Positions 30,441 to 39,084 of a stretch of DNA of 64,000 nt are shown piece after piece. Origin of the DNA: Candidatus Latescibacterota bacterium (lineage in GTDB: Bacteria > Latescibacterota > UBA2968); NCBI GenBank assembly GCA_965222605.1, contig OZ244960.1:5440001-5504000 (forward strand), given 5' to 3'. Position numbers and translations under genes: made by a program. Within the stretch, counting starts at the first letter, position 1. Every line of letters begins with the position of its first letter. Below the pieces are notes generated by a model. It saw only the letters and a list, made by a program, of their open reading frames with translations, made no database searches and was not told the DNA's origin.

Positions 30441-31079
30441 ATGGTTCACCAGTCACTCGTAACCCGTCCAGCAGTACCATCCCGTACAGCCCCACCAGAA
30501 ACCCATCCTAAACCCGATGTCCTCGATGTCTTCGGATCCAGAGACAATGCGATTTGGGCGCACTTTCAGCGCGTTCTCGGTCTCTCTGCGCCAGCGATGA
30601 TTGCCATTTTCGCGCTCTATGCGACGCTCGTGGATATGGCACTGGGATTCATGCTCGAGGCTCTGCCGTTTTATTCGATTGCCGATGATCCCGCGGCTAA
30701 AGCCATCGACCCGAGGGCGATGATTGCCGACAACGGATTTTGGATAACGTTCATCGCGGCAATCTTCCTGGCACCGCTTCTCGAGACGTTGATGAACCAG
30801 TGGTTCCCGATCTGGCTTGCTATGAAGGTGACACACAGGCCCGTTGTTGCGGTCTGGTTTTCGACCGTGCTCTTTGGCGTCTTTCATCTGCATGCCGGGG
30901 TGTACGGGTTTGTGGCGACCGTTGGTGCTGGCTTCTTCCTGGCGGTTGCATTTCTGCACGCGCGTCAGTTTGGCCGCAAGCGCGCGTATTGGACGACCGC
31001 AGCGATTCACGCAGGTGTCAACGGCATTGCGCTGACGGTGGCTTTGATCCTCATCCGCCTGGGGATACAAGGACCGTGA
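30441..31079 (+). CDS. CPBP/CAAX-Abi family membrane protein
   Basis: Multiple TM segments; APLLET, FGVFH, HAGVN; AGGAGG RBS. Confidence 0.75.
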   Translation: MVHQSLVTRPAVPSRTAPPETHPKPDVLDVFGSRDNAIWAHFQRVLGLSAPAMIAIFALYATLVDMALGFMLEALPFYSIADDPAAKAIDPRAMIADNGFWITFIAAIFLAPLLETLMNQWFPIWLAMKVTHRPVVAVWFSTVLFGVFHLHAGVYGFVATVGAGFFLAVAFLHARQFGRKRAYWTTAAIHAGVNGIALTVALILIRLGIQGP

Positions 31080-31183
31080 AGATATCCGGTTTATCGGGAT
31101 TTCAGGCAGAAAAAGATATAGACATAATACGAATTATGTCAGGAACACTTCCCAAAACGCCTACATTATACGCCAAAATGCCA

Positions 31184-31280
31184 TTGCAAACCCCTGTTTT
31201 TTCGAGTAAATTGCAAATAGGCATTTATCATTATATGCAAAAAACGGATGGGCGATTCGCCCGGTTCGACAGCGCATTTT
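31184..31280 (+). promoter_or_regulatory. Repeated promoter/leader, copy 2
   Basis: TTGCAA-17-TAAATT plus GGGCGATTCGCCC hairpin. Confidence 0.65.
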
Positions 31281-31296
31281 AGGAAATACTCAGGCT

Positions 31297-31366
31297 ATGA
31301 ATGCGAAAGAACAAAAAATAACAGAATCGCTTTGGGGTGAGATCGCAAACAAAATTGTTGAACACT
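31297..31366 (+). pseudogene. 5' fragment of a second copy of the MNT gene
   Basis: Near-identical to 25413-25482 (ATGAATGCGAAAGAACAAAAAATAACAGAATCGC...). Confidence 0.85.
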
Positions 31367-31369
31367 GCA

Positions 31370-31530
31370 TTGCGAGCGCATCTGTTCTACCAGCCGTATT
31401 CACCTGAGCAAATTCCGCAGACAGTGTCTGCAGAATCTGAATCCAGCGAAATTTTCCAAACAGTGTCTGGAGAATTTGATCAATCCCCTCAACAACCGAT
31501 TTGCCAGACGCTGTCTGGCAAAAAGAAAAC
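31370..31530 (+). pseudogene. DUF1016/YhcG-like internal fragment with three palindromic units
   Basis: FYQPYSPEQIPQTVSAES..IFQTVSGEF..ICQTLSGK; DNA core CAGACAGTGTCTG. Confidence 0.55.
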
Positions 31531-31544
31531 GGGTAAAGAATATT

Positions 31545-32592
31545 ACGCGATGTGTGACTTCAAAATTTTACGAGACCGTCAAAATCCAGCGGGTCTCTGT
31601 AATTGATAATATTGAGAAAGACACACATGGTATGGGTTAAGATTTTGGTATGCCACAGGTTCAATAAGTGCCATGCATCTCGCACTTTCATGCGGGCAAT
31701 ATGTAAACGTTCTGTCAATTGTGCATAAACGGTTTCGACTAATCGCCTTGTGGCTTTCTTCGCTTTGGGCAAAATGAAAGGGGTGCGTTCAGGATTTTCT
31801 TTCATATTGGACTTTAAGGGTGTCTTTATGCGTATGCGGTAGGTATCAAAACACCTTTTTTGCCAGTCCAAGTCCATAAATGCCGCATCTGCCAAGACGG
31901 TTGTCTCTCCCATCGTACCATTCAGGAGTGCGTCTCGGCAGTTCTTGTCGTGTCCATACGCTTGCAGGATCGGCGCGTGGACAATAAGACCATAATCCGT
32001 GATCCTAAGGCCACCCTTAAAGCCAAAATATGCTTCACTTTTGGCGGCACAAAAGCCTTTTGAGGGGGGAGGGAACTCAAAGACTGGCTCTCTTGTAAAT
32101 ATCTTGCGATAATGTCGCCTTGCCAGTTTACAGATCGGTAAGGGTAGCGTATCTATGATCTGGCAGGATGCCTGATGCCCTTCCAAGCTGGCAACAATCC
32201 GCTGTTGCATCCACATCTTGACAACCCACAAATTGGCACATTGACGCACAAAGGCAGGACGGTCTTTCAAAGTGGGAAACCAATCTATGAAGTGTTCTTT
32301 CATCTGCTCATAAAGTTTTTTCTGGCTTGAATATCCCAAAAAGTGACCCACGATTTCTATGGTGAGGCATTCGGCATCACTTAAACCGGGGTCAAAGCCT
32401 GCCCGACGGGGCTTGCCATGCACCTTACAGAAAGCCGGATAGAGTTCGTCTTCAATAAAACAGTAGATTGCAATGACAAAAAGGTCTAAATTATACATCG
32501 GAGGTTCCTTTCGTTGAATGGCTTCTTGTTTAGTGAACAATTCAAGATAGCCGAGGAACCTCTTTTTCGCTATTTAAAGTCACACATCACGT
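31545..32592 (-). mobile_element. IS982-family element
   Basis: TIR ACGCGATGTGTGACTT / AAGTCACACATCACGT; 8-bp duplication AGAATATT. Confidence 0.92.
31560..32498 (-). CDS. IS982 transposase
   Basis: LSDAECLTI, IIDTLPLP, YFGFK, LADAAF, RRLVETV. Confidence 0.9.
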   Translation of the reverse strand: MYNLDLFVIAIYCFIEDELYPAFCKVHGKPRRAGFDPGLSDAECLTIEIVGHFLGYSSQKKLYEQMKEHFIDWFPTLKDRPAFVRQCANLWVVKMWMQQRIVASLEGHQASCQIIDTLPLPICKLARRHYRKIFTREPVFEFPPPSKGFCAAKSEAYFGFKGGLRITDYGLIVHAPILQAYGHDKNCRDALLNGTMGETTVLADAAFMDLDWQKRCFDTYRIRIKTPLKSNMKENPERTPFILPKAKKATRRLVETVYAQLTERLHIARMKVRDAWHLLNLWHTKILTHTMCVFLNIINYRDPLDFDGLVKF

Positions 32593-32672
32593 AGAATATT
32601 ATAATTCTCTACTCGTTCTTTTTTCTTAAACCGATACCCTCACGTCAATCGGGGATCAACTCAATCAGGTTC

Positions 32673-32945
32673 TCACATTACATCCAATATCGCTTGAGGA
32701 TTTTTGTCTGCGATCATCAGTAGTGTCCGGGCTGCACCCGACGGACGACAGCGGCCCTGCTCCCAGTCTTGCAATGTTCGAACAGATACACCCATCAGTT
32801 GGGCAAACTGAGATTGAGAAAGACCCACTTTCGCTCTCGTTTGGGCAATGTCAGGTACTGTGATGATACGACCGTGTTCGCCTCGCTTGATTTCCTGTAG
32901 GCCGGATAGAATCTCTTGACCGATATTTCTATTCCTTTCATTCAT
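32673..32945 (-). CDS. XRE-HTH antitoxin (HigA-2-like)
   Basis: GLSQSQFAQLMGVSVRTLQDWEQGR..PSGAARTLL. Confidence 0.88.
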   Translation of the reverse strand: MNERNRNIGQEILSGLQEIKRGEHGRIITVPDIAQTRAKVGLSQSQFAQLMGVSVRTLQDWEQGRCRPSGAARTLLMIADKNPQAILDVM

Positions 32946-33015
32946 TTTCGATCTCCTCACGGATTTGTTTGAGAATTTGGATAGGAATATTATCTCTCAC
33001 GTTTTTCGTATAGAT
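32938..33015 (-). pseudogene. RelE/HigB-like toxin C-terminal remnant
   Basis: IYTKNVRDNIPIQILKQIREEIENE* overlaps the antitoxin ATG; rest missing. Confidence 0.7.
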
Positions 33016-33062
33016 CTTTTGTCCACTGATTTTTGCAATAATCTTTATACGCCAAATTGCCA

Positions 33063-33108
33063 TTGCAAGCCCCTGTTTTTTCGAGTAAATTGCAGATAAT
33101 TGCAAATA
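33063..33108 (+). promoter_or_regulatory. Repeated promoter, copy 3 (truncated)
   Basis: TTGCAA-17-TAAATT; shares upstream TTATACGCCAAA.TGCCA with copy 2. Confidence 0.6.
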
Positions 33109-33110
33109 TC

Positions 33111-33187
33111 GAAAGAAAAAGGTGCATAATATGACCAGACGCAGACTGCATCACGGCCTTTGAGGTCGTATCTGCGTGAGAAATGTG
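33111..33187 (+). pseudogene. Collapsed paralogue of the AAA-ATPase gene (only first and last codons left)
   Basis: 33111-33149 matches 26301-26339 (35/39), then continues with sequence resembling 27839-27885. Confidence 0.85.
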
Positions 33188-33188
33188 G

Positions 33189-33224
33189 GACGATTATTAC
33201 GACCGACTGGCCGCCGTCCACTGG
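33189..33224 (+). repeat. Exact 36-bp copy of 20672-20707
   Basis: GACGATTATTACGACCGACTGGCCGCCGTCCACTGG at both sites. Confidence 0.95.
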
Positions 33225-33287
33225 GGGGACGGCGACGGGGGGTTTGGGGGTGATGGACTACGCGAATAAAATATGGAGGCAAAACCC

Positions 33288-33971
33288 ATGACACATACAC
33301 TTGATTTGTACGGCGGCACAACCCAATTGAAGGGAAAAAGCACCGGCTGGTTCCATCTCGAGGAACTGGACGGGCGCAGATGGTTCATCACACCCGAGGG
33401 CAATGCCTTTTTCCCCGTGTCGCTGTCCCATATCTACACCGGGAACAGTCAGCCGACCGTGCAAAAGCTTTACGACTGCGACAAGGATGCGTGGATTGAA
33501 AAGTGGTTCGACCAGATGCGCGCGCTCGGGTTTAACTGCGCACTCGCAGGCGCAACGAGCCAGTGTCGGGACCCCAGGGGCTATGTCGATGTCGAGAAGG
33601 TGGTGGCGCTGTTTCGCCGCGAATCTTTCCCTTACGCTGCCGGACTCTTCCTGATCCCTCACCCCAACGAGTTGCCGGAAGGTCAGGAACGACCAGATAT
33701 TTTCGCCCCTGCTTACCAGGAGTGGGTAGAAGAGTTGGTAGCCGATGTTTGCTCGCGGTACGCCGATGATCCGTTGATGAAAATGTCCGGCATGATGGAA
33801 GGCCTGTACGATTGGGACGGCAACCCAAAGCCCGGGCTCGTGGATGCCGTGAGGGAGGCCAACAAGGAAATCTATGAACGCGCAACAGATCCCTATGGTT
33901 CTTCTGAAATCGTCGAGTTGGATGAAAATCTGTGCCGCGTCAGAGATGAGGTCCACAAACATATTCGTTAG
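33288..33971 (+). pseudogene. Agarase-like glycoside hydrolase, probably internally deleted
   Basis: TGWFHLEELDGRRWFITPEGNAFF..ALGFN..PDIFAP..YADDPL jumps to GLYDWDGNP; expected catalytic region missing. Confidence 0.6.
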
Positions 33972-33981
33972 GTGGATTGAA

Positions 33982-34738
33982 ATGATTTCTGTACAACAAT
34001 GGGATTTTTGTACAACAATGGGATTTTTTTCAAGAACACGGTTATCTGATCGTTGAAAATGTGCTCTCTGTGCAACGATTGGCAGCGTTGCGAGAGGCCC
34101 TGGAAAAGAGATATGATCTGGAGGGCGAAAAGGCAGGATCAGAAGGAGCGAACCCTCCGGGCGTTCGCAGATTGTGCAATCTCATTGGTAAAGGCCGCGT
34201 CTTAGAAGAGCTGGCAATCGAGCCGATTGCATTAGAAATGGCCAGGCTGGCGATTGGAGAGGATATGCGCTGGCAGGCCATGAATTTTCACGATCCCATG
34301 CCCGGTGATCCGCGTCCTCATCAGGCAATCCATGCCGATCGATCGTTCTTTAAGAATTGTACTGCATACCTCAATGTGGTGTGGGCACTTGATGATATGA
34401 CAGAAGAAAACGGTGCGACTCGCCTTGTGCCAGGATCGCATAAAAAACCCTGGCCCCGAGATGTTCTGGACGATCTCAAAGAGGCAGTTGCTGGAGAAAT
34501 CTACGTGACCTGTACGGCTGGAACTGGCATTTTTTGCCATGGTGATGTCTGGCATGGCGCACGTGCAAACCGTTCAAAATCGCCCAGGCGTGTGATCCAT
34601 ATGGGATACAGTTGTCCAAACACTGCGCCTCAATATGAAATTGCAGGCTCTTTGACGCAGGATATTCGCGAGCGGTTGGGCGAGCATTGTGCGCTCATTC
34701 CAGATCCCCTGGCGTCATTTGGTTTGGAGAAACCCTAA
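33982..34738 (+). pseudogene. PhyH dioxygenase frameshifted by a 19-bp tandem duplication
   Basis: TGTACAACAATGGGATTTT x2 (33990-34027); removing one copy gives MISVQQWDFFQEHGYLIVENVLS in frame with IHADR..WHGA. Confidence 0.85.
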
Positions 34739-34858
34739 GCATTGGGTTTTGCGCCACGGATGCATGTCTCAGGTGTTTAGGAGATCCAAGGGGATTTTGA
34801 GGGTTTTTTTTGTAGCGGGCAAGCTGTTTAGGGACACGACACTGGAGGAGCACAGGTT

Positions 34859-35665
34859 ATGGAACAAGCATTGACGGAGCGTGAAATCGAAGCCATCGTC
34901 CGGGAGGTCACAGACGAAGAAGTGGCCTTCTACCAGGAATACGGATGGGTCATGATAAAGCAACTCGTAGCCCCGGAGTTCGTCACGGAGCTCCTAACTG
35001 TCGGCCAGGATTGGCTGGAACGCTATGGCGCAGACGAGGACCGCAGACGGGCCGTCGGTCTGGTACTGCAGGAAGAGGCTGAGCCATTCCGCTCGTTCAT
35101 GTTCAGTGAGCGCATGTCAAAAAACGCGATGCGACTCGTGAATAGGAAGCGGCTCAAGGGCGTAGATATCCCACTTCGCTATCGCGCTGACGTCATCAGA
35201 GAAAAGCCCCCAGGGGCAGCCAGAACCCATTATCATCAGGACTCGTCACAGCACGGCTCTGATCGCGTGGGTGAGCTCCAGTTCTGGCTTGCTCTGGTGG
35301 AAGTGACACCGGAGATGAGCGCCATGCGATTCGTCAGTCGCTCGCATCGCGAAGGACCGCTTGGCTCGGTAGGCGGCGATGGCCAGGGCGACCTGCTCGA
35401 GCAATTTCCAAATCTGACGTCTGTGCTGGAGCTTTCTCCGCCTTTGCATTACCAGACAGGTGATTGCACAGTGCATCACGGGTACACGATCCATGGCGCT
35501 CCAGTCAACAGCACCGACAAGTCGCGCTGGTCATACCTCTTCTCATACTCTCCATCCGACACCCGATACTGGAATGGCACAGCAGGCAACTGGGGCAACG
35601 AGCGAAAGCATCTGAGTGACCGGGATAATCCAACGGTCCATTTTCCCGATTCAGACGCGGTATGA
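34859..35665 (+). CDS. PhyH dioxygenase
   Basis: FYQEYGW, YHQD, FWLAL, TIHGAPVN..R. Confidence 0.88.
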   Translation: MEQALTEREIEAIVREVTDEEVAFYQEYGWVMIKQLVAPEFVTELLTVGQDWLERYGADEDRRRAVGLVLQEEAEPFRSFMFSERMSKNAMRLVNRKRLKGVDIPLRYRADVIREKPPGAARTHYHQDSSQHGSDRVGELQFWLALVEVTPEMSAMRFVSRSHREGPLGSVGGDGQGDLLEQFPNLTSVLELSPPLHYQTGDCTVHHGYTIHGAPVNSTDKSRWSYLFSYSPSDTRYWNGTAGNWGNERKHLSDRDNPTVHFPDSDAV

Positions 35666-35742
35666 CCTCATGTTTCTAAATGCAGGCGATGAGGTGGTTG
35701 ATCAGGATACCCTAAGAACCACATGATTGAAAGGAGTGCCAC

Positions 35743-36927
35743 ATGCCCCCAACTCAGAAATTTGAAGAACGCGTCGTTCGTGTGGAGAAACCTTCCGCTC
35801 ACTTCACGCTGTTGAGGAACGAAAAGGGTAATTTTTTAGGCACATCGGAAGGCAAAACAGCCGTCTTCGGCCACGTTGACGACAAAGCGATCTGGAAAGA
35901 AGAAGGCGACACCTATCGCCATGTGGTGTCAGACCTGACACTCGATGTGTCTGCCGCGAATGACGAAGGCGTGCATCTCGCCCTGAATGGGAAAGCACTG
36001 GGCGAAGATGGCTGCCAATCGTCCATACCGTGGCGTTTTCAGCCGGGTCACGGTCCTGCCCATCTCCCATCTGAATACCTTCAACAAATCCGCGAGAACG
36101 GATGGGTCTGCCTTCCGAGCATCTTGTCTCCCCACGCGATCGAAGAACTGCAAAGGGTGAGTTGCACCGGCAAGTGGGACCATGAAGAATTAGACAAAAG
36201 CCTGCCGACCCTCACGCAGTCTGTAGAAGTGGCGAGAGCCGCAACCGAGCCCGTATCCCTCTGGGTGATGCGGGAGTATATGCAGTGTCGGGAAATTCGG
36301 CTGGCTCACAGGCCCGGTTTCGCCGTCGTGGTCCCGGATGACGGTGAACGCAAAGTGGGGGGGTGGCATTCGGATTATCCGTATCTCTGGGGGATCGCCA
36401 GGAATTCCTCTGATGGCAATCGGATCGTACCGCACAATGCGTTAAATCTTGTGCTTGGCGTTCAGCGAAATTTATGTGTGACCGAATTTAAGCGTGAAAA
36501 CGGCGCAACCTGTTTCAAACTCGGATCGCATACGCTTGGGGAAGGACCTCCTCGGGAATGGGGGAGTGGGAATACGTACAGGGAGGAGGGATCTCGCAGA
36601 GCAAAGGGCCTCCCCTATACTGGCTCCGAAGCAGACGTCGTCGAGGCGCCGGCGGGCAGCTACGTCATCTATGATGCCCGAACCTGGCATCGGGCAGGCG
36701 TGAACCGTACGAACAAAAAGCGGGCAGCGATGCTTCAGTCCGTCGTTCCCATGTACATCATGCCTTTTATGGAGACCGTCCGTCCTTACAAAGAATTCCT
36801 TGCGAGTCCTCTGGCGATTCAACTGACGGAGCGGGAGCATATCGAGCTGGAAAACCTCCTGGTAAGCCGAATCGATGGGCCTCAAGGGCGTTTTGCGATT
36901 ACCATGGATGAGGAACTTTCCAGATGA
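35743..36927 (+). CDS. PhyH dioxygenase with an extra beta-rich N-terminal domain
   Basis: About 105-aa N-domain, then RENGW, WHSD, ENGAT, TWHRAGVN..R. Confidence 0.8.
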   Translation: MPPTQKFEERVVRVEKPSAHFTLLRNEKGNFLGTSEGKTAVFGHVDDKAIWKEEGDTYRHVVSDLTLDVSAANDEGVHLALNGKALGEDGCQSSIPWRFQPGHGPAHLPSEYLQQIRENGWVCLPSILSPHAIEELQRVSCTGKWDHEELDKSLPTLTQSVEVARAATEPVSLWVMREYMQCREIRLAHRPGFAVVVPDDGERKVGGWHSDYPYLWGIARNSSDGNRIVPHNALNLVLGVQRNLCVTEFKRENGATCFKLGSHTLGEGPPREWGSGNTYREEGSRRAKGLPYTGSEADVVEAPAGSYVIYDARTWHRAGVNRTNKKRAAMLQSVVPMYIMPFMETVRPYKEFLASPLAIQLTEREHIELENLLVSRIDGPQGRFAITMDEELSR

Positions 36928-37706
36928 ACGAATACAAGACGCACTTTGATACCCCGGAAGATGCTTACTTCGGCTTTTTTGAAGCCGACGCATCCCAAAA
37001 TGGAGATGCCTGGGCTGCCGTGATGAGCTATCCCCATGTCCGCGTTGACGCATCGGGACAGACCGTCTATTACGATACGGCACGGGACTACGCCGATGCC
37101 GCCGACTGGACGTCAAGGGTAGCGACGGGTTGGGTCCTGACGAGGGGGCGAGAACCTGTCCGGCTGCACGAGTCTCCCAACAAGGTTCACCTCGTAGGCG
37201 GGTGGACGCGATATAACGCAGACGATGATCCCATCTTGTGGAACCGCGTCACTTATATTGTCACCAAACCTGCTGATTCGTGGGGGATCCAGGCGCGGTT
37301 TGCGCTTGGTACTTATTACGATGGGAGTGACGACGAAACAGCTATCGCCCAGGCTACCGAGGCGGCAATTAGTCAGGTGCGACGCTATTGCGATGCACTG
37401 GACAAAAACGATGGCGATGCTTGCGCCAACCTCTGTCGTTTTCCGCTGATTGAGGTCGGCGTTGGCGCAGTAACACGGATCGAAGACGGCACCAAACTGG
37501 TGCAACAGGTCAACGAAAGAACCACATCGGTCAGCAATCTAAAAGTCGAGGCAGCACAGTCTGGTCCTGATGGCGTCCTTGTAGCGGTGACTGCTGACGA
37601 TGCCTCTGGCAACAGCGAGCAATCCATCGTGGTGGTCGGCAAAGAGGCTGACGCATGGCAGATTGCTGGCATTTCGAGAATGATTGAGGCAGAAAATACG
37701 AAGTAG
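36924..37706 (+). CDS. Hypothetical protein with two NTF2/SnoaL-like repeats
   Basis: Internal repeat (FFEADASQNGDAWAAVMSYPHV / YCDALDKNDGDACANLCRFPLI; WGIQA / WQIAG); ATGA overlap with upstream gene. Confidence 0.6.
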   Translation: MNEYKTHFDTPEDAYFGFFEADASQNGDAWAAVMSYPHVRVDASGQTVYYDTARDYADAADWTSRVATGWVLTRGREPVRLHESPNKVHLVGGWTRYNADDDPILWNRVTYIVTKPADSWGIQARFALGTYYDGSDDETAIAQATEAAISQVRRYCDALDKNDGDACANLCRFPLIEVGVGAVTRIEDGTKLVQQVNERTTSVSNLKVEAAQSGPDGVLVAVTADDASGNSEQSIVVVGKEADAWQIAGISRMIEAENTK

Positions 37707-37717
37707 GGAGGTATATC

Positions 37718-37792
37718 TTGAAGATTACATCGGTAAAGGCTGTCCCCGCATCATCTTCGCCGCAAGGCCGCGTTCCACCGTATCCGCACTGA
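37718..37792 (+). pseudogene. 24-aa scar of an enolase-superfamily-like gene
   Basis: GGAGG RBS + MKITSVKAVPAS, then stop after 24 aa. Confidence 0.5.
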
Positions 37793-37801
37793 AAGGACTT
37801 T

Positions 37802-39049
37802 ATGAATCGTTCTGTTCTGGACTGGCCAACAGGCGTTACCGTCTACCACCCTGACCGATGTTACAACGGGTACACGCTCGTTCACGGGCGAGGGCCCTGG
37901 GATCCTGTGCGTGGTATTTCGGCCGAACAGGTTGATCGATGGCACTTGATAGACATGAAGGGTCAGGTGGTTCACGAGTTCTACGGAAACCCGGCGACGC
38001 AGCGCGGCTCTCAGCTATTTGAACGCGTCGCAAACGGCCACTATATCAGCAATGGGGCCTCCATCACAGAACAGGACTGGGATGGAAATATTGTCTGGTC
38101 TCTGTCCTCAGACTTCCGCAAGGATGCGCGACCAACGAGTTTCCATCACGACATCCAGAAGACTTCTGAACACACCTATCTCGCTATGGTCGCGGATCGC
38201 GTCGAAGCCCCCCAGGTATCGCGCGTCACACTCCAAGACGATCACATCATGGAAATAACTTCGGAGGGCGAGATCGTCTGGGAATGGTGGGGGCATCACC
38301 ACCTGGAAGAATTCGGATTCAGCGATCGTGCGAAGCAGATCATATTTGAAACTGGCGGGGGGCAACAGCCCAGACAGGAAGGAGACTGGCTCCATCTGAA
38401 TACGCTTCACACACTTCCCGACAATCCCTTATATGATCAGGGCGACACGAGATTCAAGCCGGGAAATATTCTCAGCTGTTCCAGAAATGGAAATCAGATA
38501 TTCATCATCGAGAAATCGACTGGAAACATTGTCTGGAAGTGGGGCTATTTGGACCAGATGGAAACTATGTGGTTGAACGGGACCGAAAGGCAGAATCAAT
38601 ATCTGGTAGGTCCACACGATCCCAAAATGCTGCACAACGGAAATATCCTGATCTACGACAATGGAGGCGGTACGGGCTATCCTCCGATTAATCGATTCTA
38701 CACTCGGCTTGTAGAAATCAATCCCGTGAGTGGAGAAGTCGTGTGGGAATATGCTGCGGGGCCTCAGGCCAGCAAATTCCTGAGCATTGTTACCGGCGGC
38801 CTGCAGCGCCTCCCGAATGGGAACACGCTAAGTCTGGATACGGATAAGGGACGGATCTTCGAAGTGACCTGGGAAGGTGAAATCGTGTGGGAGTACATCA
38901 ACCCGAGAGGCGGATTCTACAGAACCCAGCGCATTGCCTACCCCGATTGCCCACTGGACCCCCCTGACCTGAAGCCCGCAGACCTCCCGGTTCCCGATCA
39001 CCTCGGCCTACCTGTATCAGACACCCTGGATTACTCCCCATCTCCCTAA
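37802..39049 (+). CDS. Aryl-sulfate sulfotransferase family
   Basis: YNGYTL, FHHD, DWLHLN, GPHD..GNILIYDNG, QRLPNGNTL. Confidence 0.85.
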   Translation: MNRSVLDWPTGVTVYHPDRCYNGYTLVHGRGPWDPVRGISAEQVDRWHLIDMKGQVVHEFYGNPATQRGSQLFERVANGHYISNGASITEQDWDGNIVWSLSSDFRKDARPTSFHHDIQKTSEHTYLAMVADRVEAPQVSRVTLQDDHIMEITSEGEIVWEWWGHHHLEEFGFSDRAKQIIFETGGGQQPRQEGDWLHLNTLHTLPDNPLYDQGDTRFKPGNILSCSRNGNQIFIIEKSTGNIVWKWGYLDQMETMWLNGTERQNQYLVGPHDPKMLHNGNILIYDNGGGTGYPPINRFYTRLVEINPVSGEVVWEYAAGPQASKFLSIVTGGLQRLPNGNTLSLDTDKGRIFEVTWEGEIVWEYINPRGGFYRTQRIAYPDCPLDPPDLKPADLPVPDHLGLPVSDTLDYSPSP

Positions 39050-39084
39050 GATTCGATGTCACCCTTCATCCCGACTACAGGATT

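Noticed and set aside
31411-31522. Mini CRISPR array
   Set aside because: Units are short, degenerate and in frame with a peptide repeat; spacers are too short.
24900-33200. Classical integron
   Set aside because: No attC-like sites recognised by eye; integrase pieces are short fragments.
33189-33224. 36-bp copy as a CRISPR spacer
   Set aside because: No flanking repeats and no cas genes.
33223-33256. G-rich tract as a G-quadruplex
   Set aside because: Only three long G runs and no functional evidence.
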